A stretch of 64,000 nt of DNA from the human T2T-CHM13v2.0 reference genome, Homo sapiens: NCBI RefSeq assembly GCF_009914755.1, contig NC_060925.1, one strand, 5' to 3'. The notes beneath the pieces are model-generated. The model searched no databases. It was not told the origin of the DNA and was given only the letters and a program-made list of their open reading frames with translations. This document shows, piece by piece, positions 22,400 through 36,250 of the stretch; within the stretch, counting starts at the first letter, position 1, and each line of letters opens with the position of its first letter. Both the position numbers and the translations under genes were made by a program.

Positions 22400-25300
22400 A
22401 CAGAGCAGACTTGAAACACTCTTTTTGTGGAATTTGCAAGTGGAGATTTCAGCCGCTTTGAGGTCAACGGTAGAATAGGAAATATCTTCCTATTGAAACT
22501 AGACAGAATGATTCTCATAAACTCCTTTGTGATGTGTGCGTTCAACTCACAGAGTTTAACCTTTCTTTTCATAGAGCAGTTAGGAAACACTTTTTTTGTA
22601 AAGTCTGCAAGTGGATATTCAGACCTCCTTGAGGCCTTCTTTGGAAACGGGATTTCTTCATATTCTGATAGACAGAAGAATTCTCAGTAACTTTCTTGTG
22701 TTGTGTGTATTCAACTCACAGAGTTGAACGATCCTTTACACAGAGCAGACTGGAAACACTCTTTTTGTGGAATTTGCAAGTGGAGATTTCAGCCGCTTTG
22801 AGGTCAATGGTAGAAAAGGAAACTATCTTCCTATAAAGACTAGACAGAATGATTCTCAGAAAATCCTTTGTGATGTGTGCGTTCAAATCACAGAGTTTAA
22901 CCTTTCTTTTCATAGAGCAGTTAGGAAACACTCTGTTTGTAAAGTCTGCAAGTGGATATTCAGACCTCCTTGAGGCCTTCATTGGAAACGGGATTTCTTC
23001 ATATTCTGCTAGACAGAAGATTTCTCAGTAACTTCCTTGTGTTGTGTGTATTCAACTCACAGAGTTGAACGATCCTTTACCCAGAGCAGAGTTGAAACAC
23101 TCTTTTTGTGGAATTTGCAAGTGGAGATTTCAGCCGCTTTGAGGTCAATGGTAGAAAAGGAAATATCTTCGTATAAAGACTAGACAGAATGATTCTCAGA
23201 AACTCCTTTGTGATGTCTGCGTTCAACTCACAGAGTTTAACTTTTCTTTTCATAGAGCAGTTAGTAAACACTCTGTTTATAAAGTCTGCAAGTGGATATT
23301 CAGACCCCTCTGAGGACTTCGTTGGAAACGGGATTTCTTCATATTATGCTAGACAGAAGAATTCTCAGTAACTTCCTTGTGTTGTGTGTATTCAACTGAC
23401 AGAGTTGAACTTTCATTTAGAGAGAGCAGATTTGAAACACTGTTTTTGTGGAATTTGCAAGTGGAGATTTCAAGCGCTTTGGGGCCAAAGGCAGAAAAGG
23501 AAATATCTTCGTATAAAAACTAGACAGAATCATTCTCAGAAACTGCTGCATGATGTGTGCGTTCAACTCTCAGAGTTTAACTTTTCTTTTCATTCAGCGG
23601 TTTGGAAACACTCTGTTTGTAAAGTCTGCACGTGAATATTTTGACCACTTAGAGGCCTTCGTTGGAAACGGGTTTTTTGCATGTAAGGCTAGACAGAAGA
23701 ATACCTAGTAACTTCCTTGTGTTGTGTGCATTCAACTCACAGAGTTGAACGATCCTTTACAGAGAGCAGGCTTGAAACACTCTTTTTGTGGAATTTGCAA
23801 GTGGAGATTTCAGCCGCTTTGAGGTCAATGGTAGAATAGGAAATATCTTCCTATAGAAACTAGACAGAATGATTCTCATAAACTCGTTTGTGATGTGTGC
23901 GTTCAACTCAGAGAGTTTAACCTTTCTTTTCATAGAGCAGTTAGGAAACACTCTGTTTGTAATGTCTGCAAGTGGATATTCCGACCTCCTTGAGGCCTTC
24001 GTTGGAAACGGGATTTCTTCATATTCTGCTAGACAGAAGAATTCTCAGTAACTTCCTTGTTTTGTGTGTATTCAACTCACAGAGTTGAACGATCCTTTAC
24101 AGAGAGCAGACTTGAAACACTCTTTTTGTGGAATTTGCAAGTGGAGATTTCAGCCGCTTTGAGGTCAACGGTAGAATAGGAAATATCTTCCTATTGAAAC
24201 TAGACAGAATGATTCTCATAAACTCCTTTGTGATGTGTGCGTTCAACTCACAGAGTTTAACCTTTCTTTTCATAGAGCAGTTAGGAAACACTTTTTTTGT
24301 AAAGTCTGCAAGTGGATATTCAGACCTCCTTGAGGCCTTCTTTGGAAACGGGATTTCTTCATATTCTGATAGACAGAAGAATTCTCAGTAACTTTCTTGT
24401 GTTGTGTGTATTCAACTCACAGAGTTGAACGATCCTTTACACAGAGCAGACTGGAAACACTCTTTTTGTGGAATTTGCAAGTGGAGATTTCAGCCGCTTT
24501 GAGGTCAATGGTAGAAAAGGAAACTATCTTCCTATAAAGACTAGACAGAATGATTCTCAGAAAATCCTTTGTGATGTGTGCGTTCAAATCACAGAGTTTA
24601 ACCTTTCTTTTCATAGAGCAGTTAGGAAACACTCTGTTTGTAAGGTCTGCAAGTGGATATTCAGACCTCCTTGAGGCCTTCATTGGAAACGGGATTTCTT
24701 CATATTCTGCTAGACAGAAGATTTCTCAGTAACTTCCTTGTGTTGTGTGTATTCAACTCACAGAGTTGAACGATCCTTTACCCAGAGCAGAGTTGAAACA
24801 CTCTTTTTGTGGAATTTGAAAGTGGAGATTTCAGCCGCTTTGAGGTCAATGGTAGAAAAGGAAATATCTTCGTATAAAGACTAGACAGAATGATTCTCAG
24901 AAACTCCTTTGTGATGTCTGCGTTCAACTCACAGAGTTTAACTTTTCTTTTCATAGAGCAGTTAGTAAACACTCTGTTTATAAAGTCTGCAAGTGGATAT
25001 TCAGACCCCTCTGAGGACTTCGTTGGAAACGGGATTTCTTCATATTATGCTAGACAGAAGAATTCTCAGTAACTTCCTTGTGTTGTGTGTATTCAACTGA
25101 CAGAGTTGAACTTTCATTTAGAGAGAGCAGATTTGAAACACTGTTTTTGTGGAATTTGCAAGTGGAGATTTCAAGCGCTTTGGGGCCAAAGGCAGAAAAG
25201 GAAATATCTTCGTATAAAAACTAGACAGAATCATTCTCAGAAACTGCTGCATGATGTGTGCGTTCAACTCTCAGAGTTTAACTTTTCTTTTCATTCAGCG

Positions 25301-25800
25301 GTTTGGAAACACTCTGTTTGTAAAGTCTGCACGTGAATATTTTGACCACTTAGAGGCCTTCGTTGGAAACGGGTTTTTTGCATGTAAGGCTAGACAGAAG
25401 AATACCTAGTAACTTCCTTGTGTTGTGTGCATTCAACTCACAGAGTTGAACGATCCTTTACAGAGAGCAGGCTTGAAACACTCTTTTTGTGGAATTTGCA
25501 AGTGGAGATTTCAGCCGCTTTGAGGTCAATGGTAGAATAGGAAATATCTTCCTATAGAAACTAGACAGAATGATTCTCATAAACTCGTTTGTGATGTGTG
25601 CGTTCAACTCAGAGAGTTTAACCTTTCTTTTCATAGAGCAGTTAGGAAACACTCTGTTTGTAATGTCTGCAAGTGGATATTCCGACCTCCTTGAGGCCTT
25701 CGTTGGAAACGGGATTTCTTCATATTCTGCTAGACAGAAGAATTCTCAGTAACTTCCTTGTTTTGTGTGTATTCAACTCACAGAGTTGAACGATCCTTTA
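22400..25800 (+). repeat. Tandem duplication of a 1,701-bp 10-mer lacking dimer C (2 copies)
   Basis: ORF pairs 22396/24097, 22716/24417, 23077/24778, 23384/25085, 23757/25458. Shared GACTGGAAAC, CACTTTTTTTGT, CGTGAATATT, GCATGATG and AATACCTAGT. Confidence 0.9.
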
Positions 25801-28800
25801 CAGAGAGCAGACTTGAAACACTCTTTTTGTGGAATTTGCAAGTGGAGATTTCAGCCGCTTTGAGGTCAATGGTAGAATAGGAAATATCTTCCTATTGAAA
25901 CTAGACAGAATGATTCTCATAAACTCCTTTGTGATGTGTGCGTTCAACTCACAGAGTTTAACCTTTCTTTTCATAGAGCAGTTAGGAAACACTCTGTTTG
26001 TAAAGTCTGCAAGTGGATATTCAGACCTCCTTGAGGCCTTCTTTGGAAACGGGATTTCTTCATATTCTGATAGACAGAAGAATTCTCAGTAACTTTCTTG
26101 TGTTGTGTGTATTCAACTCACAGAGTTGAACGATCCTTTACACAGAGCAGACTTGAAACACTCTTTTTGTGGAATTTGCAAGTGGAGATTTCAAGCGCTT
26201 TGGGGCTAAAGGCAGAAAAGGAAATATCTTCGTATAAAAACTAGACAGAATCATTCTCAGAAACTGCTGCGTGATGTGTGCGTTCAACTCTCAGAGTTTA
26301 ACTTTTCTTTTCATTCAGCGGTTTGGAAACACTCTGTTTGTAAAGTCTGCACGTGGATATTTTGACCACTTAGAGGCCTTCGTTGGAAACGGGTTTTTTT
26401 CATGTAAGGCTAGACAGAAGAATTCCCAGTAACTTCCTTGTGTTGTGTGCATTCCACTCACAGAGTTGAACGTTCCCTTAGACAGAGCAGATTTGAAACA
26501 CTCTATTTGTGCAATTTGCAAGTGTAGATTTCAAGCGCTTTAAGGTCAATGGCAGAAAAGGAAATATCTTCGTTTCAAAACTAGACAGAATCAATCCCAC
26601 AAACTGCGTTGTGATGTGTTCGTTCAACTCACAGAGTTTAACCTTTCTGTTCATAGAGCAGTTAGGAAACACTCTGTTTGTAAAGTCTGTAAGTGGATAT
26701 TCTGACATTTTGTGGCCTTGGTTGGAAATGGGATTTCTTCATATACTCCAAGACAGAAGAATTCTCAGTAACTTCCTTGTGTTGTGTGTATTCAACTAAC
26801 AGAGTTGAACGATCCTTTACACAGAGCAGACTTGAAACACTCTTTTTGTGGAATTTGCAAGTGGAGATTTCAGCCGCTTTGAGGTCAATGGTAGAAAAGG
26901 AAATATCTTCGTATAAAGACTAGACAGAATGATTCTCAGAAACTCCTTTGTGATGTGTGCGTTCAACTCACAGAGTTTAACCTTTCTTTTCATAGAGCAG
27001 TTAGTAAACACTCTGTTTGTAAAGTCTGCAAGTGGATATTCAGACCTCCTTGAGGCCTTCGTTGGAAACGGGATTTCTTCATATTCTGCTAGACAGAAGA
27101 TTTCTCAGTAACTTCCTTGTGTTGTGTGTATTCAACTCACAGAGTTGAACGATCCTTTACCCAGAGCAGACTTGAAACACTCTTTTTGTGGAATTTGCAA
27201 GTGGAGATTTCAGCCGCTTTGAGGTCAATGGTAGAAAAGGAAATATCTTCGTATAAAGACTAGACAGAATGATTCTCAGAAACTCCTTTGTGATGTGTGC
27301 GTTCAACTCACAGAGTTTAACTTTTCTTTTCATAGAGCAGTTAGTAAACACTCTGTTTATAAAGTCTGCAAGTGGATATTCAGACCCCTCTGAGGACTTC
27401 GTTGGAAACGGGATTTCTTCATATTATGCTAGACAGAAGAATTCTCAGTAACTTCCTTGTGTTGTGTGTATTCAACTGACAGAGTTGAACTTTCATTTAG
27501 AGAGAGCAGATTTGAAACACTGTTTTTGTGGAATTTGCAAGTGGAGATTTCAAGCGCTTTGGGGCCAAAGGCAGAAAAGGAAATATCTTCGTATAAAAAC
27601 TAGACAGAATCATTCTCAGAAACTGCTGCGTGATGTGTGCGTTCAACTCTCAGAGTTTAACTTTTCTTTTCATTCAGCGGTTTGGAAACACTCTGTTTGT
27701 AAAGTCTGCACGTGGATATTTTGACCACTTAGAGGCCTTCGTTGGAAACGGGTTTTTTGCATGTAAGGCTAGACAGAAGAATACCTAGTAACTTCCTTGT
27801 GTTGTGTGCATTCAACTCACAGAGTTGAACGATCCTTTACAGAGAGCAGGCTTGAAACACTCTTTTTGTGGAATTTGCAAGTGGAGATTTCAGCCGCTTT
27901 GAGGTCAATGGTAGAATAGGAAATATCTTCCTATAGAAACTAGACAGAATGATTCTCATAAACTCGTTTGTGATGTGTGCGTTGAACTCAGAGAGTTTAA
28001 CCTTTCTTTTCATAGAGCAGTTAGGAAACACTCTGTTTGTAATGTCTGCAAGCGGATATTCCGACCTCCTTGAGGCCTTCGTTGGAAACGGGATTTCTTC
28101 ATATTCTGCTAGACAGAAGAATACTCAGTAACTTCCTTGTGTTGTGTGTATTCAACTCACAGAGTTGAACGATCCTTTACAGAGAGCAGACTTGAAACAC
28201 TCTTTTTGTGGAATTTGCAAGTGGAGATTTCAGCCGCTTTGAGGTCAATGGTAGAAAAGGAAACTATCTTCGTATAAAGATTAGACAGAATGATTCTCAG
28301 AAAATCCTTTGTGATGTGTGCGTTCAACTCACAGAGTTTAACTTTTCTTTTCATATAGCAGTTAGGAAACACTTTGTTTGTAAAGTCTGCAAGTGGATAT
28401 TCAGACCTCTTTGAGGCCTTCGTTGGAAACGGGATTTCTTCATATTATGCTAGACAGAATAATTCTCAGTAACTTCCTTGTGTTGTGTGTATTCAACTCA
28501 CAGAGTTGAACGATCCTTTACAGAGAGCAGACTTGAAACACTCTTTTTGTGGAATTTGCAAGTGGAGATTTCAGCCGCTTTGAGGAAAATGGTAGAATAG
28601 GAAATATCTTCCTATAGAAACTAGACAGAATGATTCTCAGAAACTCCTTTGTGATGTGTGCGTTCAACTCACAGAGTTTAACCTTTCTTTTCATAGAGCA
28701 GTTAGGAAACACTCTGTTTGTAAAGTCTGCAAGTGGATATTCAGACCTCTTTGAAGCCTTCGTTGGAAACGGGATTTCTTCATATTCTGCTAGACAGAAG

Positions 28801-31800
28801 AATTCTCAGTAACTTCCTTGTGTTGTGTGTATTCAACTCACAGAGTTGAACGATCCTTTACACAGAGCAGACTTGAAACACTCTTTTTGTGGAATTTGCA
28901 AGTGGAGATTTCAGCCGCTTTGAGGTCAATAGTGGAAAAGGAAATATCTTCGTAGAAAAACTAGACAGAATTATTCTCAGAAACTCCTTTGTGATGTGTG
29001 TGTTCAACTCACAGAGTTTAACCTTTCTTTTCATAGAGCAGTTAGTAAACACTCTGTTTATAAAGTCTGCAAGTGGATATTCAGACCCCTTTGAGCTCTT
29101 CGTTGGAAACGGGATTTCTTCATATTATGCTAGACAGAATAATTCTCAGTAACTTCCTTGTGTTGTGTGTATTCAACTCACAGAGTTGAACGATCCTTTA
29201 CAGAGAGCAGACTTGAAACACTCTTTTTGTGGAATTTGCAAGTGGAGATTTCAGCCGCTTTGAGGTCAATGGTAGAATAGGAAATATCTTCCTATAGAAA
29301 CTAGACAGAATGATTCTCAGAAACTCCTTTGTGATGTGTGGGTTCAACTCACAGAGTTTAACCTTTCTTTTCATAGAGCAGTTAGGAAACACTCTGTTTG
29401 TAAAGTCTGCAAGTGGATATTCAGACCTCCTTGAGGCCTTCGTTGGAAACGGGATTTCTTCATATTCTGCTAGACAGAAGAATTCTCAGTAACTTCCTTG
29501 TGTTGTGTGTATTCAACTGACAGAGTTGAACTTTCATTTAGAGAGAGCAGATTTGAAACACTGTTTTTGTGGAATTTGCAAGTGGAGATTTCAAGCGCTT
29601 TGGGGCCAAAGGCAGAAAAGGAAATATCTTCGTATAAAAACTAGACAGAATCATTCTCAGAAACTGCTGCGTGATGTGTGCGTTCAACTCTCAGAGTTTA
29701 ACTTTTCTTTTCATTCAGCGGTTTGGAAACACTCTGTTTGTAAAGTCTGCACGTGGATATTTTGACCACTTAGAGGCCTTCGTTGGAACCGGGTTTTTTG
29801 CATGTAAGGCTAGACAGAAGAATACCTAGTAACTTCCTTGTGTTGTGTGCATTCAACTCACAGAGTTGAACGATCCTTTACAGAGAGCAGGCTTGAAACA
29901 CTCTTTTTGTGGAATTTGCAAGTGGAGATTTCAGCCGCTTTGAGGTCAATGGTAGAATAGGAAATATCTTCCTATAGAAACTAGACAGAATGATTCTCAT
30001 AAACTCGTTTGTGATGTGTGCGTTCAACTCAGAGAGTTTAACCTTTCTTTTCATAGAGCAGTTAGGAAACACTCTGTTTGTAATGTCTGCAAGTGGATAT
30101 TCCGACCTCCTTGAGGCCTTCGTTGGAAACGGGATTTCTTCATATTCTGCTAGACAGAAGAATTCTCAGTAACTTCCTTGTTTTGTGTGTATTCAACTCA
30201 CAGAGTTGAACGATCCTTTACAGAGAGCAGACTTGAAACACTCTTTTTGTGGAATTTGCAAGTGGAGATTTCAGCCGCTTTGAGGTCAACGGTAGAATAG
30301 GAAATATCTTCCTATTGAAACTAGACAGAATGATTCTCATAAACTCCTTTGTGATGTGTGCGTTCAACTCACAGAGTTTAACCTTTCTTTTCATAGAGCA
30401 GTTAGGAAACACTCTGTTTGTAAAGTCTGCAAGTGGATATTCAGACCTCCTTGAGGCCTTCTTTGGAAACGGGATTTCTTCATATTCTGATAGACAGAAG
30501 AATTCTCAGTAACTTTCTTGTGTTGTGTGTATTCAACTCACAGAGTTGAACGATCCTTTACACAGAGCAGACTTGAAACACTCTTTTTGTGGAATTTGCA
30601 AGTGGAGATTTCAAGCGCTTTGGGGCTAAAGGCAGAAAAGGAAATATCTTCGTATAAAAACTAGACAGAATCATTCTCAGAAACTGCTGCGTGATGTGTG
30701 CGTTCAACTCTCAGAGTTTAACTTTTCTTTTCATTCAGCGGTTTGGAAACACTCTGTTTGTAAAGTCTGCACGTGGATATTTTGACCACTTAGAGGCCTT
30801 CGTTGGAAACGGGTTTTTTTCATGTAAGGCTAGACAGAAGAATTCCCAGTAACTTCCTTGTGTTGTGTGCATTCCACTCACAGAGTTGAACGTTCCCTTA
30901 GACAGAGCAGATTTGAAACACTCTATTTGTGCAATTTGCAAGTGTAGATTTCAAGCGCTTTAAGGTCAATGGCAGAAAAGGAAATATCTTCGTTTCAAAA
31001 CTAGACAGAATCAATCCCACAAACTGCGTTGTGATGTGTTCGTTCAACTCACAGAGTTTAACCTTTCTGTTCATAGAGCAGTTAGGAAACACTCTGTTTG
31101 TAAAGTCTGTAAGTGGATATTCTGACATTTTGTGGCCTTGGTTGGAAATGGGATTTCTTCATATACTCCAAGACAGAAGAATTCTCAGTAACTTCCTTGT
31201 GTTGTGTGTATTCAACTAACAGAGTTGAACGATCCTTTACACAGAGCAGACTTGAAACACTCTTTTTGTGGAATTTGCAAGTGGAGATTTCAGCCGCTTT
31301 GAGGTCAATGGTAGAAAAGGAAATATCTTCGTATAAAGACTAGACAGAATGATTCTCAGAAACTCCTTTGTGATGTGTGCGTTCAACTCACAGAGTTTAA
31401 CCTTTCTTTTCATAGAGCAGTTAGTAAACACTCTGTTTGTAAAGTCTGCAAGTGGATATTCAGACCTCCTTGAGGCCTTCGTTGGAAACGGGATTTCTTC
31501 ATATTCTGCTAGACAGAAGATTTCTCAGTAACTTCCTTGTGTTGTGTGTATTCAACTCACAGAGTTGAACGATCCTTTACCCAGAGCAGACTTGAAACAC
31601 TCTTTTTGTGGAATTTGCAAGTGGAGATTTCAGCCGCTTTGAGGTCAATGGTAGAAAAGGAAATATCTTCGTATAAAGACTAGACAGAATGATTCTCAGA
31701 AACTCCTTTGTGATGTGTGCGTTCAACTCACAGAGTTTAACTTTTCTTTTCATAGAGCAGTTAGTAAACACTCTGTTTATAAAATCTGCAAGTGGATATT

Positions 31801-34000
31801 CAGACCCCTCTGAGGACTTCGTTGGAAACGGGATTTCTTCATATTATGCTAGACAGAAGAATTCTCAGTAACTTCCTTGTGTTGTGTGTATTCAACTGAC
31901 AGAGTTGAACTTTCATTTAGAGAGAGCAGATTTGAAACACTGTTTTTGTGGAATTTGCAAGTGGAGATATCAAGCGCTTTGGGGCCAAAGGCAGAAAAGG
32001 AAATATCTTCGTATAAAAACTAGACAGAATCATTCTCAGAAACTGCTGCGTGATGTGTGCGTTCAACTCTCAGAGTTTAACTTTTCTTTTCATTCAGCGG
32101 TTTGGAAACACTCTGTTTGTAAAGTCTGCACGTGGATATTTTGACCACTTAGAGGCCTTCGTTGGAAACGGGTTTTTTGCATGTAAGGCTAGACAGAAGA
32201 ATACCTAGTAACTTCCTTGTGTTGTGTGCATTCAACTCACAGAGTTGAACGATCCTTTACAGAGAGCAGGCTTGAAACACTCTTTTTGTGGAATTTGCAA
32301 GTGGAGATTTCAGCCGCTTTGAGGTCAATGGTAGAATAGGAAATATCTTCCTATAGAAACTAGACAGAATGATTCTCATAAACTCGTTTGTGATGTGTGC
32401 GTTCAACTCAGAGAGTTTAACCTTTCTTTTCATAGAGCAGTTAGGAAACACTCTGTTTGTAATGTCTGCAAGCGGATATTCCGACCTCCTTGAGGCCTTC
32501 GTTGGAAACGGGATTTCTTCATATTCTGCTAGACAGAAGAATACTCAGTAACTTCCTTGTGTTGTGTGTATTCAACTCACAGAGTTGAACGATCCTTTAC
32601 AGAGAGCAGACTTGAAACACTCTTTTTGTGGAATTTCCAAGTGGAGATTTCAGCCGCTTTGAGGTCAATGGTAGAAAAGGAAACTATCTTCGTATAAAGA
32701 CTAGACAGAATGATTCTCAGAAAATCCTTTGTGATGTGTGCGTTCAACTCACAGAGTTTAACTTTTCTTTTCATATAGCAGTTAGGAAACACTTTGTTTG
32801 TAAAGTCTGCAAGTGGATATTCAGACCTCTTTGAGGCCTTCGTTGGAAACGGGATTTCTTCATATTATGCTAGACAGAATAATTCTCAGTAACTTCCTTG
32901 TGTTGTGTGTATTCAACTCACAGAGTTGAACGATCCTTTACAGAGAGCAGACTTGAAACACTCTTTTTGTGGAATTTGCAAGTGGAGATTTCAGCCGCTT
33001 TGAGGAAAATGGTAGAATAGGAAATATCTTCCTATAGAAACTAGACAGAATGATTCTCAGAAACTCCTTTGTGATGTGTGCGTTCAACTCACAGAGTTTA
33101 ACCTTTCTTTTCATAGAGCAGTTAGGAAACACTCTGTTTGTAAAGTCTGCAAGTGGATATTCAGACCTCTTTGAAGCCTTCGTTGGAAACGGGATTTCTT
33201 CATATTCTGCTAGACAGAAGAATTCTCAGTAACTTCCTTGTGTTGTGTGTATTCAACTCACAGAGTTGAACGATCCTTTACACAGAGCAGACTTGAAACA
33301 CTCTTTTTGTGGAATTTGCAAGTGGAGATTTCAGCCGCTTTGAGGTCAATAGTGGAAAAGGAAATATCTTCGTAGAAAAACTAGACAGAATTATTCTCAG
33401 AAACTCCTTTGTGATGTGTGTGTTCAACTCACAGAGTTTAACCTTTCTTTTCATAGAGCAGTTAGTAAACACTCTGTTTATAAAGTCTGCAAGTGGATAT
33501 TCAGACCCCTTTGAGGCCTTCGTTGGAAACGGGATTTCTTCATATTATGCTAGACAGAATAATTCTCAGTAACTTCCTTGTGTTGTGTGTATTCAACTCA
33601 CAGAGTTGAACGATCCTTTACAGAGAGCAGACTTGAAACACTCTTTTTGTGGAATTTGCAAGTGGAGATTTCAGCCGCTTTGAGGTCAATGGTAGAATAG
33701 GAAATATCTTCCTATACAAACTAGACAGAATGATTCTCAGAAACTCCTTTGTGATGTGTGGGTTCAACTCACAGAGTTTAACCTTTCTTTTCATAGAGCA
33801 GTTAGGAAACACTCTGTTTGTAAAGTCTGCAAGTGGATATTCAGACCTCCTTGAGGCCTTCGTTGGAAACGGGATTTCTTCATATTCTGCTAGACAGAAG
33901 AATTCTCAGTAACTTCCTTGTGTTGTGTGTATTCAACTGACAGAGTTGAACTTTCATTTAGAGAGAGCAGATTTGAAACACTGTTTTTGTGGAATTTGCA
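25340..34000 (+). repeat. Tandem duplication of a 4,420-bp 26-mer (~2 copies)
   Basis: ORF pairs 25458/29878, 26315/30735, 26693/31113, 27464/31884, 28157/32577, 28889/33309, 29198/33618 are all offset by 4,420. Shared ATTCCACTCA, TCAATCCCAC, CCTTGGTTGGAAATG, CAACTAACAG and TGAGGAAAAT. Confidence 0.92.
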
Positions 34001-36250
34001 AGTGGAGATTTCAAGCGCTTTGGGGCTAAAGGCAGAAAAGGAAATATCTTCGTATAAAAACTAGACAGAATCATTCTCAGAAACTGCTGCGTGATGTGTG
34101 CGTTCAACTCTCAGAGTTTAACTTTTCTTTTCATTCAGCGGTTTGGAAACACTCTGTTTGTAAAGTCTGCACGTGGATATTTTGACCACTTAGAGGCCTT
34201 CGTTGGAAACGGGTTTTTTGCATGTAAGGCTAGACAGAAGAATACCTAGTAACTTCCTTGTGTTGTGTGCATTCAACTCACAGAGTTGAACGATCCTTTA
34301 CAGAGAGCAGGCTTGAAACACTCTTTTTGTGGAATTTGCAAGTGGAGATTTCAGCCGCTTTGAGGTCAATGGTAGAATAGGAAATATCTTCCTATAGAAA
34401 CTAGACAGAATGATTCTCATAAACTCGTTTGTGATGTGTGCGTTCAACTCAGAGAGTTTAACCTTTCTTTTCATAGAGCAGTTAGGAAACACTCTGTTTG
34501 TAATGTCTGCAAGCGGATATTCCGACCTCCTTGAGGCCTTCGTTGGAAACGGGATTTCTTCATATTCTGCTAGACAGAAGAATACTCAGTAACTTCCTTG
34601 TGTTGTGTGTATTCAACTCACAGAGTTGAACGATCCTTTACAGAGAGCAGACTTGAAACACTCTTTTTGTGGAATTTGCAAGTGGAGATTTCAGCCGCTT
34701 TGAGGTCAATGGTAGAAAAGGAAACTATCTTCGTATAAAGACTAGACAGAATGATTCTCAGAAAATCCTTTGTGATGTGTGCGTTCAACTCACAGAGTTT
34801 AACTTTTCTTTTCATATAGCAGTTAGGAAACACTTTGTTTGTAAAGTCTGCAAGTGGATATTCAGACCTCTTTGAGGCCTTCGTTGGAAACGGGATTTCT
34901 TCATATTATGCTAGACAGAATAATTCTCAGTAACTTCCTTGTGTTGTGTGTATTCAACTCACAGAGTTGAACGATCCTTTACAGAGAGCAGACTTGAAAC
35001 ACTCTTTTTGTGGAATTTGCAAGTGGAGATTTCAGCCGCTTTGAGGAAAATGGTAGAATAGGAAATATCTTCCTATAGAAACTAGACAGAATGATTCTCA
35101 GAAACTCCTTTGTGATGTGTGCGTTCAACTCACAGAGTTTAACCTTTCTTTTCATAGAGCAGTTAGGAAACACTCTGTTTGTAAAGTCTGCAAGTGGATA
35201 TTCAGACCTCTTTGAAGCCTTCGTTGGAAACGGGATTTCTTCATATTCTGCTAGACAGAAGAATTCTCAGTAACTTCCTTGTGTTGTGTGTATTCAACTC
35301 ACAGAGTTGAACGATCCTTTACACAGAGCAGACTTGAAACACTCTTTTTGTGGAATTTGCAAGTGGAGATTTCAGCCGCTTTGAGGTCAATAGTGGAAAA
35401 GGAAATATCTTCGTAGAAAAACTAGACAGAATTATTCTCAGAAACTCCTTTGTGATGTGTGTGTTCAACTCACAGAGTTTAACCTTTCTTTTCATAGAGC
35501 AGTTAGTAAACACTCTGTTTATAAAGTCTGCAAGTGGATATTCAGACCTCTTTGAGGCCTTCGTTGGAAACGGGATTTCTTCATATTATGCTAGACAGAA
35601 TAATTCTCAGTAACTTCCTTGTGTTGTGTGTTTTCAACTCACAGAGTTGAACGATCCTTTACAGAGAGCAGACTTGAAACACTCTTTTTGTGGAATTTGC
35701 AAGTGGAGATTTCAGCCGCTTTGAGGTCAATGGTAGAATAGGAAATATCTTCCTATAGAAACTAGACAGAATGATTCTCAGAAACTCCTTTGTGATGTGT
35801 GGGTTCAACTCACAGAGTTTAACCTTTCTTTTCATAGAGCAGTTAGGAAACACTCTGTTTGTAAAGTCTGCAAGTGGATATTCAGACCTCCTTGAGGCCT
35901 TCGTTGGAAACGGGATTTCTTCATATTCTGCTAGACAGAAGAATTCTCAGTAACTTCCTTGTGTTGTGTGTATTCAACTGACAGAGTTGAACTTTCATTT
36001 AGAGAGAGCAGATTTGAAACACTGTTTTTGTGGAATTTGCAAGTGGAGATTTCAAGCGCTTTGGGGCTAAAGGCAGAAAAGGAAATATCTTCGTATAAAA
36101 ACTAGACAGAATCATTCTCAGAAACTGCTGCGTGATGTGTGCGTTCAACTCTCAGAGTTTAACTTTTCTTTTCATTCAGCGGTTTGGAAACACTCTGTTT
36201 GTAAAGTCTGCACGTGGATATTTTGACCACTTAGAGGCCTTCGTTGGAAA
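32000..36250 (+). repeat. Tandem duplication of a 2,041-bp 12-mer lacking dimer C (a third copy lies at ~27,464-29,504)
   Basis: ORF pairs 32257/34298, 32577/34618, 32938/34979, 33278/35319, 33618/35659. Markers TGAGGAAAAT (28581, 33001, 35042), TTGAAGCCTT, AGTGGAAAAG, GTGTGGGTTC and AAGCGGATAT. Confidence 0.9.

Noticed and set aside
29778-29794. Variant boxes such as CTTCGTTGGAACCGGGT, CTTCGGTGGAAACGGGA (36918) and CTTCGTGGGAAACGGGA (51187) as broken
   Set aside because: The changes fall at non-core positions and NTTCGNNNNANNCGGGN is retained.
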